A stretch of 64,000 nucleotides of DNA. Origin: Heptranchias perlo. Taxonomy: Eukaryota. Shown piece by piece: positions 1 through 12,750 of this stretch. The position numbers and the translations under genes are program-made. The stretch spans positions 48,546,001 through 48,610,000 of the forward strand of contig NC_090346.1 in NCBI RefSeq assembly GCF_035084215.1. Reading direction: 5' to 3'. The stretch's first letter is position 1; each line of letters begins with the position of its first letter. Under the pieces are notes generated by a model. It worked only from the letters and a program-made list of their open reading frames with translations, was not told the DNA's origin and did not search any database.

Positions 1-214
1 CTACTCCTTGTGGTAGCAAGTTCCACATTCTAATCAACAGAATGTGGTTATTAACAATAGAAGACTGACAAAATATAGCAATTAAGACAGCAGCCACTTC
101 TAGCCTTACCAGACTGTGGACTATTCCATACGCATAGTACAATTCACTGTTCCTTGCCTGTGCTCAAATTCTGTATCATTTCTGGCCAACATCAAATCAA
201 TGACACGTGTTGCT

Positions 215-400
215 CCTTCATCATCGCTGGGTCACAATCCTGAAACTCCCTAACAGCACTATGGGAGCACCTTCCACACACAGACTACAGCGGTTCAAGA
301 AGGCAGCGGCTCACCACCACCTTCTCAAGGGCCAACTAGGGATGGGCAATAAACACCGGTCTTGCCAGCAATGCCCACATCCCAATAAATGAATTTTTTT
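215..400 (+). mobile_element. 3' fragment of LINE family A (local label; CR1/L2-group non-LTR element)
   Basis: Same 3' end (GCGGTTCAAGAAGGC...GGGCAATAAA...CCCACATCCC) as the long copies. Confidence 0.8.
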
Positions 401-1179
401 TTTAAAAAGGCAGCCCCCGAGAGGGGCCTGAATTTAGTGCAGACACGAAGGGCCTCTTCCTCTGCTAAACCTTCTATGTTTTCCTCTGGGTAGGTGACAC
501 TACCACAACAGTTATGACAAGGAGTCCCCCACTACATTTAACTGCTGAGATATCTTAGGGAGACGGGGGGTGATTGCAATGAAATTAGTGATGATTGCTG
601 TGGTGGTGCTGTGCGTTGGAACATCAGCTAACACTATCTCGCAGAACCAGGTTTGTTGCCTCAGTCTGCAAGGATCCTGACCTGAGCCGAGCTGGAGAGT
701 CCTCTCTCGGCAGCTCACCCCAGCCACCAATAAACAGTGGCTCCATTGGTGTCCTGAGAGCAGTGCTATGATGGGATTGATTTACAAACAACATTAACAT
801 TGGAAACCAGTTACTTTAATATCCATCCAACTCGTGTTTTTCAAATCTCACCTATTTGTGGGTTCTGAAAGGCGACTGCTCTGTCCACTTTCAATCTCGG
901 AGGGAGCTCTGATAGCTCCCATGACCGGAACTCCTGGGCAGCGATAACGTTGATCAGATACTCCATTACTGTGTCACTGAGAAACAAAATTCAGGGATTA
1001 GATATTCACAACAACTTGCATTTATATTGTGCAGAAAATAATGTAGAAAACATCCAAAGTGTGCCCGGTGGGGGAAGAGAAAATTAAAATAGATAAAGGT
1101 ATGGGCGTCGAGTCACGGTGAGAGGTTGGAGTTACGATAGTTCGATGTGTAAGTTTGCAGTTTTTGTGTTTTTTCTAAA

Positions 1180-1320
1180 TTAGTTCATGGGATGTGGGCG
1201 TCGCTGGCGAGGCCGGCATTTATTGCCCATCCCCAATTGCCCTTGAGAAGGTGGTGGTGAGCCGCCTTCTTGAACCGCTGCAGTCTGTGTGGTGAAGGTT
1301 CTCCCACAGTGCTGTTAGGA
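1180..1320 (-). mobile_element. 3' fragment of LINE family A
   Basis: Reverse complement of the family A tail. Confidence 0.8.
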
Positions 1321-1558
1321 ATCATCTGCTACAAGTGACTGGCCAAAGGGTTTTGTACCAGTTGGTTCTGAACTGTCCTCCTAACAAAAGAGGATGGTGA
1401 TGGAGCATCAATTGAGGCTTTTGTTAAAACTTGAGAGAACATGATAACGTCAAGATCAGTGATTTAACAAACAACAGTTTGTGTAAAATCCTACCCTTCA
1501 AAATGGCTGACATGGTGTGAAATGCAGTGGCTGCCTGTGGAACTGGCCCAATACTCAC

Positions 1559-1615
1559 ACGTAGTCTCGCATACACTCCACCGTGTAGATCATGTTGTCC
1601 CTGGTAGATGTCACA
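1559..1615 (-). CDS. UQCRC2: UQCRC2 coding exon 5 (VTSTRDNMIYTVECMRDYV); gene continues beyond the window start
   Basis: 57-nt exon, ttgcag acceptor, gtgagt donor, phase consistent with exon 4. Confidence 0.93.
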
Positions 1616-2294
1616 CTGCAAAAGCAGAACAAGCTGGTAATTTCTGGATGAAATAAACTGAAGTCAGCTGAAGCTCAGAGATGACTTTATAAACACACAC
1701 TTAAACGTTTCTAGCAATGAATCAACCTGCCGCATATCAACACAGGGAAATTCAAAAGATTTACGGAGGTACAGAAAAATATTATTCAGCATTAAAATAG
1801 GCATAGTTTTATTTTCTGTGACAAGATGGGTTGGACACTGAAACATGCAATTTCGACGAGCTGCAAATTTACAATTAAAGGGGTATTAAACTTGTCCTGC
1901 ATTGGATACTCAGTAAGATTTCCATGAATCAAATATTCATTTCAAAACTGACTAATGTCATAATAGAACTAGGACTATCTTCACAAATTGGACGTGATCT
2001 ATAAAACTAAAAACTGGTGGGACACTGCTGGGATCAGTCTCCTCTGTGTGCTGCCTGTAAGGGTCCTGTGTGAGATGGGTTTGGCCATTCTCAGCCAGTT
2101 CCTGGTGGGCATGGGCCCACAGCAAAAAGAAATGTCCACTTTTGTTACTTAACTGGCAATTTCACTCAAACAGGCTATAAGAATAGCTGATGTAGGGAAG
2201 AACTCTGGAAATATAATGCATTACTGACGTTCGCAGAGCACAGGAAGTTTTACTTCTGCATCTGGCCCATTTTCTATCTGACCTTAAGACTAGA

Positions 2295-2760
2295 AAGAAA
2301 GAACTTGCATTTATATAGCGCCTTTCACAACCGCAGAACGTTCCAAAGTGCTTTACAGTCAATGAAGTACTTTTTGAGGTGTAGTCACTGTTGTAATGTG
2401 GTAAATGTGGCAGCCAAATTGCGCACAGCAAGATCCACAAACAGAAATAATAATGACCAGATAATCTGGTTTTTTTTTAAAAAGTGATGTTGGTTGATGG
2501 ATAAATATTGGTCAGGATACTGGGAGAACTCCCCTACTCTTCTTCAAAATAGTGCCATGGAGTCTATTTACCTGAGAGGGCAGACAGGGCCTCGGTTTAA
2601 CGTCTCATCTGAAAGATGGCATCTCCGACAGTGCAGCACTCCCTCAGTACTGCACTGGGGTGTCAGCCTAGATTTTGTGCTCAAGTCACTGGAGTGGGAC
2701 TTGAACCCATGACCTTCTGCCTCAGAGGCGAGAGTGTGCTACTCACTGAGCCACGGCTGC
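2295..2760 (-). mobile_element. tRNA-derived Deu-domain SINE (SacSINE1/AmnSINE1-like)
   Basis: tRNA head with A box (TGGCTCAGT) and B box (GGTTCAAGTCC), then the GCAGTACTGAGGGAGTGCTGCACTGTCGGAG core; many copies in the window. Confidence 0.8.
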
Positions 2761-2842
2761 CTGACCCTCTCCCCTGCACTGATATTTTTCACCCTGGCGA
2801 TTACCGAAATTCAGTAGAAAACGAGAAACTAAGTATACTTAC

Positions 2843-2907
2843 CTCAGACTGCCACCAACAGCTTCTATGCCACGAGTTATTCTGAATGACGAAGCTCCCT
2901 TTGTGGT
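2843..2907 (-). CDS. UQCRC2: UQCRC2 coding exon 4 (TTKGASSFRITRGIEAVGGSLS)
   Basis: 65-nt AG/GT exon, near identical to the vertebrate UQCRC2 peptide. Confidence 0.96.
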
Positions 2908-3309
2908 CTGTAAAACAAAACAGGCTCTGGTTAAATTTGAATGATCAAGATCGATACCAAACTGAGTTCTGTACTCTAAATTCAATCTCTACTAAAATGT
3001 TATAGTTTACGTTGAAATGTTGCATTGCAAGTGTGTTAATACAAAACCCACGGTTACCATCGATAGATGTTGATAACATACTTTGGATATCGGTAATTTA
3101 ATCAGTAAAGAATCAATTAATCTTCACATATGGATAAAATATTGGCAATGAAAGCTTTGCAGACAAATGTCTTTAACGAACACTCGAGCCTCATTTAATG
3201 GCTTGGGGAAACGAGTTCTTAAAATGTTTTCTTGCGGTGCTCTCAACCCTCTTGGTCTATTACAATAGTTGTTTATAGTCATGGATGGACTGTGCTAGAT
3301 GCTTTCCAT

Positions 3310-4860
3310 CCAGCTCCCTCCACGTGATATCAAGAAACGGCTGAGTGCACTGGATACAGCAAAGGCTATGGGCCCGGACAACCGGACATCCCGGCTGTGG
3401 TGCTGAAGACTTGTGCTCCAGAACTAGCTGCACCTCCAGCCAAGCTGTTCCAGTACAGCTACAACACTGGCATCTACCCGACAATGTGGAAAATTGCCCA
3501 GGTATATCCTGTCCACAAAAAGCAGGACAAATCCAATCCGGCCAATTACCGCCCCATCAGTCTACTCTCAATCATCAGCAAAGTGATGGAAGGTGTCGTC
3601 GACAGTGCTATCAAGTGGCACTTACTCACAAATAACCTGTTCACCGATGCTCAGTTTGGGTTCCGCCAGGACCACTCGGCTCCAGACCTCATTACAGCCT
3701 TGGTCCAAACATGGACAAAAGAGCTGAATTCCAGAGGTGAGGTGAGAGTGACTGTCCTTGACATCAAGGCAGCATTTGACCGAGTCTGGCACCGAGGAGC
3801 CCTAGTAAAATTGAAGTCAATGGGAATCAGGGGGAAAACTCTCCAGTGGCTGGAGTCATACCTAGCACAAAGGAAGATGGTAGTGGTTGTTGGAGGCCAA
3901 TCATCTCAGCCCCAGGACTTTGCTGCAGGAGTTCCTCAGGGCAGTGTCCTAGACCCAACCATCTTCAGCTGCTTCAACAATGACCTTCCCTCCATCATAA
4001 GGTCAGAAATGGGGATGCTCGCTGATGATTGCACAGTGTTCAGTTCCATTCACAACCCCTCAAATAATGAAGCAGTCCGTGCCCGCATGCAGCAAGACCT
4101 GGACAACATCCAGGTTTGGGCTCATAAGTGGCAAGTAACATTCGCGCCAGACAAGTGCCAGGCAATGACATTCAATGGCATTACCTTCACCGAATCCCCC
4201 ACCATCAACATCCTAGGGGTCACCATTGACCAGAAACTTAACTGGACCAGCATATAAATACTGTGGCTACAAAAGCAGGTCAGAGGCTGGGTATTCTGTG
4301 GTGAGTGACTCACCTCCTGACTCCCCAAAGCCTTTCCACCATCTACAAGGCACAAGTCAGGAGTGTGATGGAATACTCTCCACTTGCCTGGATGAGTGCA
4401 GCTCCAACAACACTCAAGGAGCTCGACACCATCCAGGACAAAGCAGCCCGCTTGATTGGCACCACCCTAAACATTCACTCCCTTCACCACCGGCGCACAT
4501 TGGCTGCAGTGTGTACCATCCACAGGATGCACTGCAGCAACTCGCCAAGGCTTCTTCGACAGTGCCTCCCAAACCCGCGACCTCTACCACCTACAAGGAC
4601 AAGAGCAGCAGGCACATGGGAACAACACCACCTGCACGTTCCCCTCCAAGTCACACACCATCCTGACTTGGAAATATATCGGCATTCCTTCATCGTCACT
4701 GGGTCAAAATCCTGGAACTCCCTTCCTAACAGCACTGTGGGAGAACCTTCACCACACGGACTGCAGCGGTTCAAGGCGGCGGCTCACCACCACCTTCTCA
4801 AGGGCAATTAATGCCGGCCTCTCCAGCGACGCCCACATCCCATGAACGAATAAAAAAAAA
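3310..4860 (+). mobile_element. 5'-truncated LINE family A copy (RT domain, frameshifted)
   Basis: NYRPISLL, GVPQGSVL and ADD RT motifs; A-rich tail at 4850-4860. Confidence 0.92.
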
Positions 4861-5387
4861 CTCAGCGGCCCTGGATGTAAATCCTAGCAAATCATATCGT
4901 GCTGTATACATGACGACTCTGCGCGAAGTAGTAAAATATTAACATTGTAGATTGTCCAGGCCAAACTCACCATTTAAATGCAGGACTATGGGGAAAGTGC
5001 AGGGGAGAAGGACTAATTGGACAGCTCTTTCAAAGAGCCGACACAGGCACGATGAGCCGAATGGCCTCCTTCTGTGCTGTATGATTTTATGAACTACTTT
5101 AAGGGATGCAAGAACGGCAGCTGGAGAGTTCATTACTCAGCGCGGTGTACTGAGATCACACTTTACTGAGGGAACTACAGCTAGCTACAGTGTGCTACGT
5201 ATAGGATGATGCATAGCCAGGGCCGTGTTTCAAGGCAGTAATGCAACAAAACTGTTTGTGAAGTTCACCAACATATCCTGATCCTAAAATGTATTGTTGC
5301 CTGAAAATATGTTCCTCCGTGTTACTGTATACAGAAGCCTAATTTTACAAAATCATTCGTAGCATTGAGAGAAATCAGCAAGGAATT

Positions 5388-5602
5388 CTGCTCAACATCC
5401 AGTGACTCCTGCTCCTGCTCAACATCCAGTGACTCCTGCTCCTGCTCAACATCCAGTGACTCCTGCTCCTGCTCAACATCCAGTGACTCCTGCTCCTGCT
5501 CAACATCCAGTGACTCCTGCTCCTGCTCAACATCCAGTGACTCCTGCTCCTGCTCAACATCCAGTGACTCCTGCTCCTGCTCAACATCCAGTGACTCCTG
5601 CT
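5388..5602. repeat. 27-bp minisatellite (CTGCTCAACATCCAGTGACTCCTGCTC) x8
   Basis: Perfect tandem copies, in UQCRC2 intron 3. Confidence 0.97.
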
Positions 5603-6178
5603 GGAAAGTTTGCATGTATGGGCATCAGGCAAGGCCATGATCAGACTTTGCTGTGATGCACAACAGAGTTGAATAGCCTGCCAACATTCACTGTCCAGAA
5701 TCACACATGAAGAATGGTCACTTAGGCAATGTACCAGAGAACTGCGGGCACCAGTGGAACCCCAGCAAGAATAAAAGTCATCAGGAGAGATGGGGAGGGA
5801 AGGTGAGAAAATTGGGAGGGGGAAATGTGCTCGCTCATGACATCAAATAACTACAACAGACTTTACCCACACACGAATGTAATTGCGAACCATTCACTTC
5901 AATTAGACTGTTTAAAACAAACTACTGCACTCAGGATGGTGAGAGCAAACACAGCTAATTCTCTAACATTTAAAGCAAATGGCATCTTAAGAAAGAAATC
6001 TTGAAAAGCATCGCATAGGTGAAGAGCTGTTTAAAGTGCTAAGTTACATCGAGTTACATTGAAACTACAGCACAGAAACAGGCCATTCGCCCCATCTGGT
6101 CTATGCCAGCGTTTATGCTCCACACGAGCCTCCTTCCTCCCTCCTTCCCTACTAAAGATTCTTTTAAACTATACTTAC

Positions 6179-6328
6179 CAGGTTTGCTGCCAAACGAAGG
6201 GCATGAGTGATGCCCAAATTACTGGCATTCTCATACCTGCTGCCCGCCTTTATAAAGACTCCAATCTTTGAGGTTGGTGAGTAGTTCTCCAAGGAGGCAA
6301 TGACCAACCCATTCGGTAATTTGGACAC
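6179..6328 (-). CDS. UQCRC2: UQCRC2 coding exon 3 ([50 protein letters not shown])
   Basis: 150-nt AG/GT exon; [13 protein letters not shown] and IKAGSRYE are M16-family cytochrome bc1 core protein 2 motifs. Confidence 0.96.
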
Positions 6329-6580
6329 CTGTAGGAGAAAAATTGAGTTCCTGTAAAGACTTGATTATCCGTATTAAATTAAAAATCTTGAGTATACACC
6401 AACTCAATTTCCTGTTGACAGAAAAGGTGAGACCAAAAATCATGACAACATTTAATAATGAAAATGTCTATATAATAAGCTATAGTGGGAATTCCCCTAT
6501 GTAAACAGCTCCCTGTAATACGGTAGTTGCAGGCTGTGGCCACTAGGTGATGCTATAGTTCCACTGTATCTTCTGACACA

Positions 6581-6754
6581 AATGTTAGGAGTCTTACAAC
6601 ACCAGGTTATAGTCCAACATCTTTACTTAAAATCACAAGCTCAGGTGACGAAGGAGGAAGCCTCCGAAAGCTTGTGATTTTAAATAAAGCTGTTGGACTA
6701 TAACCTGGTGTTGTAAGACTCCTTACATTTGTCCATCACCGGCATCTCCACATC
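6581..6754. mobile_element. Penelope-like hairpin insertion with 13-bp target duplication
   Basis: Inverted arms ACAACACCAGGTTATAGTCCAAC/GTTGGACTATAACCTGGTGTTGT; ATCTTCTGACACA at 6568-6580 and 6755-6767. Confidence 0.75.
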
Positions 6755-6842
6755 ATCTTCTGACACACTCAGAGAAAGACCACAGTAGGATTGCAGTCTC
6801 ATTTATTAACTGGACAGTGAAGTAAAAAACTTATCTCCAGGG

Positions 6843-7152
6843 ATCTGAGCACATAATCTAGGCTGGAACTGAGAGAGTGCTGCACTGTCAGAGGTGCTGT
6901 CTTTCGGATTACACTGAGGCCCTATCTGCCTATTTAAAAAAGAGCAGGGGGAGATCTCCCAATGTCCTGGCCAACATTTATCCACCAACCAACACACAGA
7001 ATATCTGGTCATTTATCGCACTGCTGTTTGAGAGAGCTTGCGGTGAGCAAATTGGCTGCTGCATTTCCCTACATTACAACAGCGACTACACTTCAAAAGA
7101 AATTCACTTGATGTGAAGCACTTTGGACCATCTTGAGGACATGAAAGGTGCA
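6843..7152 (+). mobile_element. Deu-domain SINE, decayed
   Basis: Similar to 2295-2760 in the opposite orientation. Confidence 0.7.
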
Positions 7153-7867
7153 CTTAAATCATCAGGACAGGCAGATGGGTGCCTCGGTTTAGCTCAATGC
7201 AAGGTATTTCTTCTAATGATTTATTGTAATTGCTTGTCCTCGCTAATTTGTCTCCCTCCCCGCCTGCCTCTCCTGAAAGCACCGATTCCTCACTGGGTAG
7301 AGTTCCGCAGGGTCCACGCCCGCTCTGGTCCCTCGCCCAAGTGGCCAATCTTCACATGCAAGCCTTGACAGTGAGGGAGCTGAAAAGCCATAGCTGTGTC
7401 CCTACTCCCATGTTGGCTGATGTCAGCTAACTCAGCACAGACGAAGGACCGAACCTGGGACCTTCTGGTCCACAGGTCTCAGCTTCTCACCGGATCAATT
7501 AACTGAGACCTCAGGAAGAGCCCTTTTTTGAAATTTAACTGCCTAAACCATCTTAAGATTTTTTTTCTTCAGGATCTAGTGAGCAGCAATTCAAAAAGGT
7601 ACAAATGCTCAAATCATGCAAAGCTTCTTAAAGAGCAAACTGAATGCCGATTAGGATCGTAGCAACAAAGAAAGCACAGGCCACAAGCAACCTCAGTGGC
7701 ATGCAGCACACTGCTACAATATACTCTAGAGCACCTACACGGACATCTTCTGAGGGAATTCTGCTCGTAGTGGCACGAGCCTCGATGCCTTTGAGGGGCT
7801 TGCTCAAAAAGAGGGTTAAGGTGGAATCACACTTTTGTAAAACAAGACGCAACTAATGTTCACTGAC

Positions 7868-7957
7868 CTGCAACTCCTGAGGTGGTAGGTTTAATTTTTC
7901 TGCGGCCGCCGTAAACTCATACTTAGGTGCAGCTTTAGCCGAGTAAAGCCTCGTCGT
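7868..7957 (-). CDS. UQCRC2: UQCRC2 coding exon 2 (TTRLYSAKAAPKYEFTAAAEKLNLPPQELQ)
   Basis: tttcag acceptor, gtcagt donor, 90 nt in frame; resembles the vertebrate core protein 2 N-terminus. Confidence 0.85.
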
Positions 7958-9510
7958 CTGAAATCAAAAATTCACTTAAGTGTCAATAGTCGTTTGAAAG
8001 GTTTCTGAAAAGCAAGGACATCCCTTCTGGATATTTCAATGAGGGTTTTGCTCCATTTGTTTTTAAATGTATGTTTTTAAAAGAGTGGGAGAAACAAAAA
8101 ATAAAGCCCCACTTCACACCTCATCATTAAAGATGATTCCCAGTCCAAAAGCTGGGGCAAACCAATCGTTTACTGATTACAACCCATGGTTATTAGACTT
8201 CTATCAGCTATTAGTAATGGTACAATACAGAACACAAACTGTTCTTCAAAAGAGCCCTGGTATTGCTGCTATTTTGTTCATCTCCTGCTACTTTCCCTGG
8301 CCCACACCCAAATACACTGGAAAGTGGGTGACCGTCCTGCTCAGGTCTCACCACTGATGTTCTGAGCAAAAGCTGCCCGAGGGATGGCCAGGGATAGCTC
8401 TCAATCTGGCCTCTGTCAGCTCCTCTTTACAGTACAGGCTTCAACGCAGGAACTCAATGTAGTGCATACCAGTATTCCATGATACGATACAGTGCTCCAC
8501 TACGTTACACCACAACTAGGAGTTTTAAACTAGTCAGGTCTTCATCTTAAATGTATTTTTAAAGCAATATTAGCACATGATTTTCACCTATCAGTTAGTT
8601 ACAAGTCATCATCAAAGATCCACTATCCTTAAAAAAGAAAACAGAATCATAGAAATTAGTGCAGCAGGAGGCCATTCAGCCCATCATTCCTGTGCTGGTG
8701 CTAGCTCTTCAACTCAGGCTATCTAGTCCAATCCCCTTTCCCAGTATCCTTTATATTATAGTCTACCCCTGACAATTTAAAGTCTTGTTTTGCATGAAAA
8801 TAATTCAAATTACCTATGAGATGAGGAGAAATGTTTTTATACAGCAAAATATGATCTTGAATGCGCTGCCTGAAAGAGCGGTGGAAGCACATTGAATAGT
8901 AACTTTCAAAAGGGAATTGGATAAATACTTGAAAAGGGAAAAAAAAATGAAGGCTTATGGGGAAAGAGCAGAGGAGCGGGACAAAGTGGATAGCTCCTGC
9001 AGCGAATGATTTGGTATAGCACTATAACCTCTGCAATGTCAAAATCCTACACAGGTACTAGTTGCATTTATATATAGCATTGCACATTTTTAAAAAAAAA
9101 AATCAGAAGAGATTATACGAATAAGATTCCGGGCTTCTGACTGATTTAATTGAACAGTTGCTGAGAGGCTGAGACCCGAATTCACCCAACGGTGGGATGA
9201 CCTTCAGTAACCTCACAAGCGCCAGCCCCTCAAACTGACCCACTCCAGGTCTCCCTGTCACGGTGGTTCCCAAGGCATTTAGTACCTGGACTGTAGATAT
9301 TTCGGATTATCGGCTCAGGACGGAGCCCCGTCGGGAAGGACGATGAGCCCCCGAGCCCGTCACCGTAACCAAACACCGGGCTAGGCCGCACCGGTACCTC
9401 AGCGGGGTTACCGTTCATTTTCCGTTCGCCGCTCTACAGTCACGGGACCGCGCGCTTCTGATCGAGCAGCAACTAGTCCTCTCGGTGGGGATGCGGAAAG
9501 GGCCACTTAC

Positions 9511-9555
9511 GGAGAGATTTGCGAGCGCAGAATTCACTCTCCTCACCGACCTCAT
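9511..9555 (-). CDS. UQCRC2: UQCRC2 coding exon 1 (mitochondrial presequence MRSVRRVNSALANLS)
   Basis: ATG at 9555, Arg/Ser-rich presequence-like peptide, donor GTAAGT at 9510, CpG-rich context; phase 0 into the next exon. Confidence 0.85.
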
Positions 9556-9581
9556 ATTGGCGTCGCCTCTTCCGACTCTGG

Positions 9582-9767
9582 GACACACACAATATGGCTG
9601 CTCACTAGCGACCGCCACTGAGACACACACAATATGGCTGCTCACTAGCGACCGCCACTGAGACACACACACAATATGGCTGCTCACTAGCGACCGCCAC
9701 TGAGACACACACAATATGGCTGCTCACTAGCGACCGCCACTGAGACACACACAATATGGCGGCGGCC
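9582..9767. repeat. 40-42-bp minisatellite x4.5 just upstream of the UQCRC2 ATG
   Basis: GACACACACAATATGGCTGCTCACTAGCGACCGCCACTGA units at 9582, 9622, 9662, 9704 and a partial unit at 9744. Confidence 0.97.
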
Positions 9768-9994
9768 GCCCTTTCCACCCGTCAATCACATGCAAGAAAC
9801 GTTTAAAGGTTCTCGTGAGCTGAGCTCTGCTTAAATACTGTTTTATGTTGGATGATGTGTACAAGATATTGTATATTGTAATGTGTGTATATTGCACTGC
9901 ATTTTATTGCATCATTTGTTGTGTATTATGTTTCTATTAGATTACATTGTGTTATAATATTGTCTCTTATATTGTGTATATATTGAGTTAAGCA

Positions 9995-10190
9995 AAAAAC
10001 TGCAGATGCTGGAAGTCTAAAACAAAAATAGAAAAGGCTTGAAACACTCAGCAGGTCAGTCAGCATCTGTGGAAAGAACAGATGAGCTAATATTTTAAGT
10101 ATATACTCTTCTATAGAACTGGCTAGTACTGATGAAGGGTCTATACCTGACGTTTACTGAACTATTCTCTCCACAGATACTAACTTACTT
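9995..10190. mobile_element. Decayed Penelope-like inverted-repeat element (second family)
   Basis: CAGCATCTGTGGA / TCCACAGATAC inverted arms with CTGATGAAGGGTC; related to 60185-60420. Confidence 0.55.
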
Positions 10191-10889
10191 GCAATTCCTG
10201 TCTACAAACCTTATTTCCTGTCCTCATAACTTCTGGGTACACTTTTGATTCAACATTTAACATTGTAAATTGCTATCTCAACATTTCCCATTCAATTTTC
10301 CTATGTTAACTGTCACAGGGTTGTTGCTGGTTCTGGCCATTGGGTGACTGTGGGATGATTTTCTCTCCATTTTTCTTCCTTCTAAACCAAAAAACCCAAA
10401 ACAAGTGTCAAATTTAAATGTTATTATTTCGGTCCAGGATGAACTCGAGTCCCTGCGGTTCCCACCGGTCGCGGAAAGCTCAGTCACCATCTTGTATAGA
10501 AAACTATTTAAATCCATCAATTGATCATAGATAATGCCATGGCAATTTACTAGTGATTTATGAAGAACACATTGGTCTACGGATAATATGCTAATTGGCA
10601 AGGTGGACATAGAACCCTAAAACTAGAGTGGTCGTAAGTTACTAAACCTAAACACAAATTCTTCAGCCTTGCATTCCTTATAAATCTCGTAGAGAAATTG
10701 AACTTTTATAGAGAATTTCTATTACAGATTATCTATAAAGCAAGTATGAAGAACGATCAATCCTTGGAATTGACTCCCGGATACAGTAGTGAGCCGATGA
10801 ACATCATAATCCTTTAAACATCACTTGGATGCAGCATTGGGGAGACTTTAGAGTCATTCTGGATGAAATGAGCTCAGCTTGGCCGAATG

Positions 10890-11450
10890 GCCTACCTCGC
10901 CTGTAATTGATACAGCCCAGCGGAGGTGGCGCTGTATGCCCCCCCGCCACCTTTGATTGCCGGCGAGTGAGTTCTTGTCCAATTGTGTCTCCTTGGTGTG
11001 TGGTTCATTAAGCGAGCGCGGTGGGCGGTGTGTGATTCAGGCGGGTCGGGTCCTCCGTGAAGCGGCAGCCGAGGGGACAGCGGGTTATTTACCGGCAGCA
11101 AGTTTATGGGGCTTGGATCTATTATATAAAGGAGATGGTAAGGGAGGGGCTCGGTGAAACGGAGGGAGGTCACGAAGCCGGCAGGACGCGTGTGAGGGCC
11201 GCAGGCTCCGTCTCGCACTCTTCCCCGAGCAGGCCGCGGAGTAGAGCGCGTTATATGCAGAGGCCGCATGCGGGCTGGTGAGGCGGGCCGCGTGGTTTCG
11301 TTGCGGGCCCCGGAGCTGAATTGCACCGGTTAACGCTTCAACAGTCGCTTGGCAGCGGCGGCCTTGCCGATTCAGGCTTCTGAGTGTCCCCGGGAGTTCA
11401 TCCTACACGGTCCGCCTCTGTGGCCCGGAGCGCGCGATGTGTCGAATGGG
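10890..11450 (+). promoter_or_regulatory. CpG island promoter/first exon of SNU13
   Basis: GC/CpG-rich stretch with GC boxes surrounding the ATG-only first coding exon. Confidence 0.7.
11135..11137 (+). CDS. SNU13: SNU13 coding exon 1 (initiator ATG only)
   Basis: GAGATG|GTAAGG donor in the CpG island; joining to exon 2 gives [12 protein letters not shown]. Confidence 0.8.
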
Positions 11451-12629
11451 GTTAAAATATAGAGAATTGCATCCAATCTACATTCCGAATTCCGAGCACC
11501 CCCTCTCCCCCGGGGCCACTTGGATCTTTGGCTAAATGTTCCTGTTCACTTTTTGGCATTTCCTTTTGTGTACTTTTAATAGCTTAAAATAGTTATTTAG
11601 CCAAATCATGCATGCTTTTGTATCCAAAAGTCAAGTCTAACTACGTACGATCACCGGTGATGCTACATTTAGAATATTATTTGGACTGTCCCTCTTTGAA
11701 AACACGTGTTACAAAGTTTCGAGACCTCCAGGGATGCTTTAGGGATTGAGTTATACGCGCCTGGTTTAACCGAACTTGCTTCTATTAGAGAAGAAGGCAT
11801 TGTAAGTGTCACTCTGAGGGCTTTTGAGGTTCTGTGTAGTTTAAGGGTTTTAGAATGTTGCTGTGTTTTCAGTGCTTTTTTTTTGCAATAATGTCACTTT
11901 CTGAATACAAAATCTGGTATTTCCAGCTGTGTTTTGGAGATCTGATTCAGTAACCAATGCCTCAGCCCTCAGAGCAGGCTACTTGATAGTTTGAAACTTT
12001 AGATCCATTGCACAACTACAAATGGGCAATTTCTACTTTTGAATAGAGATTGTGCTTTTAAGCCTTGTTAAAGCAGCTGCAAGTATAGCTAATTGGACTT
12101 GTAAGAATCTTACTGCACTGGAGTGTCAGCCTGGCTGTATCGAGGGAATGTGTTCTACCTGAGGTGATGTCTTTTGGATGAGACATACAACTGAAGCCCT
12201 GTCTGCCCCCTTGGGTTGACAAAGATCCTATGAGACTATTTGAAGGAGAGCAGGGGAATTGTCCCTACTGTCTTGGCCAACATTTATCCCTGAAACATGT
12301 GTACTGTACATGGTGAAAGAGAACCTTTTCAAATGTTATAATATGGAAGCAGAGGATGAAAAGTGTCCTGATTTTGTATTTCTAGTTTAGAGGCTCATCT
12401 CAACTGCTGTTACCAGTTCATAGTTACAAATATGCACTTCCCTAGTGAGTGAAGTCTTGGCTACAATCTCAGGGATTTAATCATATATTGTGGTGAAACA
12501 TATTTAGGTCTTGCACACATTTCTGGTTGAGTTGCAATATAGTTGGAATGTTGTTTCTTTTGTATTAATGTACTTTTTAAACAAGACTCTTAAATATTGA
12601 GCTGTTCTAAATTGCTTTTTCTTTTGTAG

Positions 12630-12750
12630 ACTGAGCAAGACGTTAATCCAAAAGCATATCCTCTTGCTGATGCTCAGCTGACAAAAACAATACTGGATCT
12701 TGTGCAGCAAGCAGGAAACTATAAGCAACTTCGAAAGGGTGCTAATGAAG
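12630..12750 (+). CDS. SNU13: SNU13 coding exon 2 ([40 protein letters not shown])
   Basis: 121-nt AG/GT exon; L7Ae-family 15.5K protein sequence. Confidence 0.97.

Larger units (their letters stand above)
9230..9800 (-). promoter_or_regulatory. CpG-rich promoter/first exon region of UQCRC2
   Basis: High CpG density around the ATG; YY1-like GCCGCCATATTG and TGATTGACGG motifs on the - strand. Confidence 0.65.

Noticed and set aside
579-680. Short + strand ORF resembling a signal peptide (MKLVMIAVVVLCVGTSA...), also with GTGATGA...CTGA boxes
   Set aside because: Antisense within a UQCRC2 intron, with no supporting promoter, further exons or terminal stem; likely chance
5388-5602. Regular 27-bp array that could suggest CRISPR or a repetitive protein (ORFs in several frames)
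   Set aside because: Units are directly adjacent with no unique spacers, there are no cas genes and the context is a vertebrate intron; the ORFs arise from a stop-free unit whose length is a multiple of 3
10967-11040. Possible small 5' UTR intron of SNU13 (GTGAGT...TTCAG)
   Set aside because: Weak pyrimidine tract; cannot be supported without transcript data
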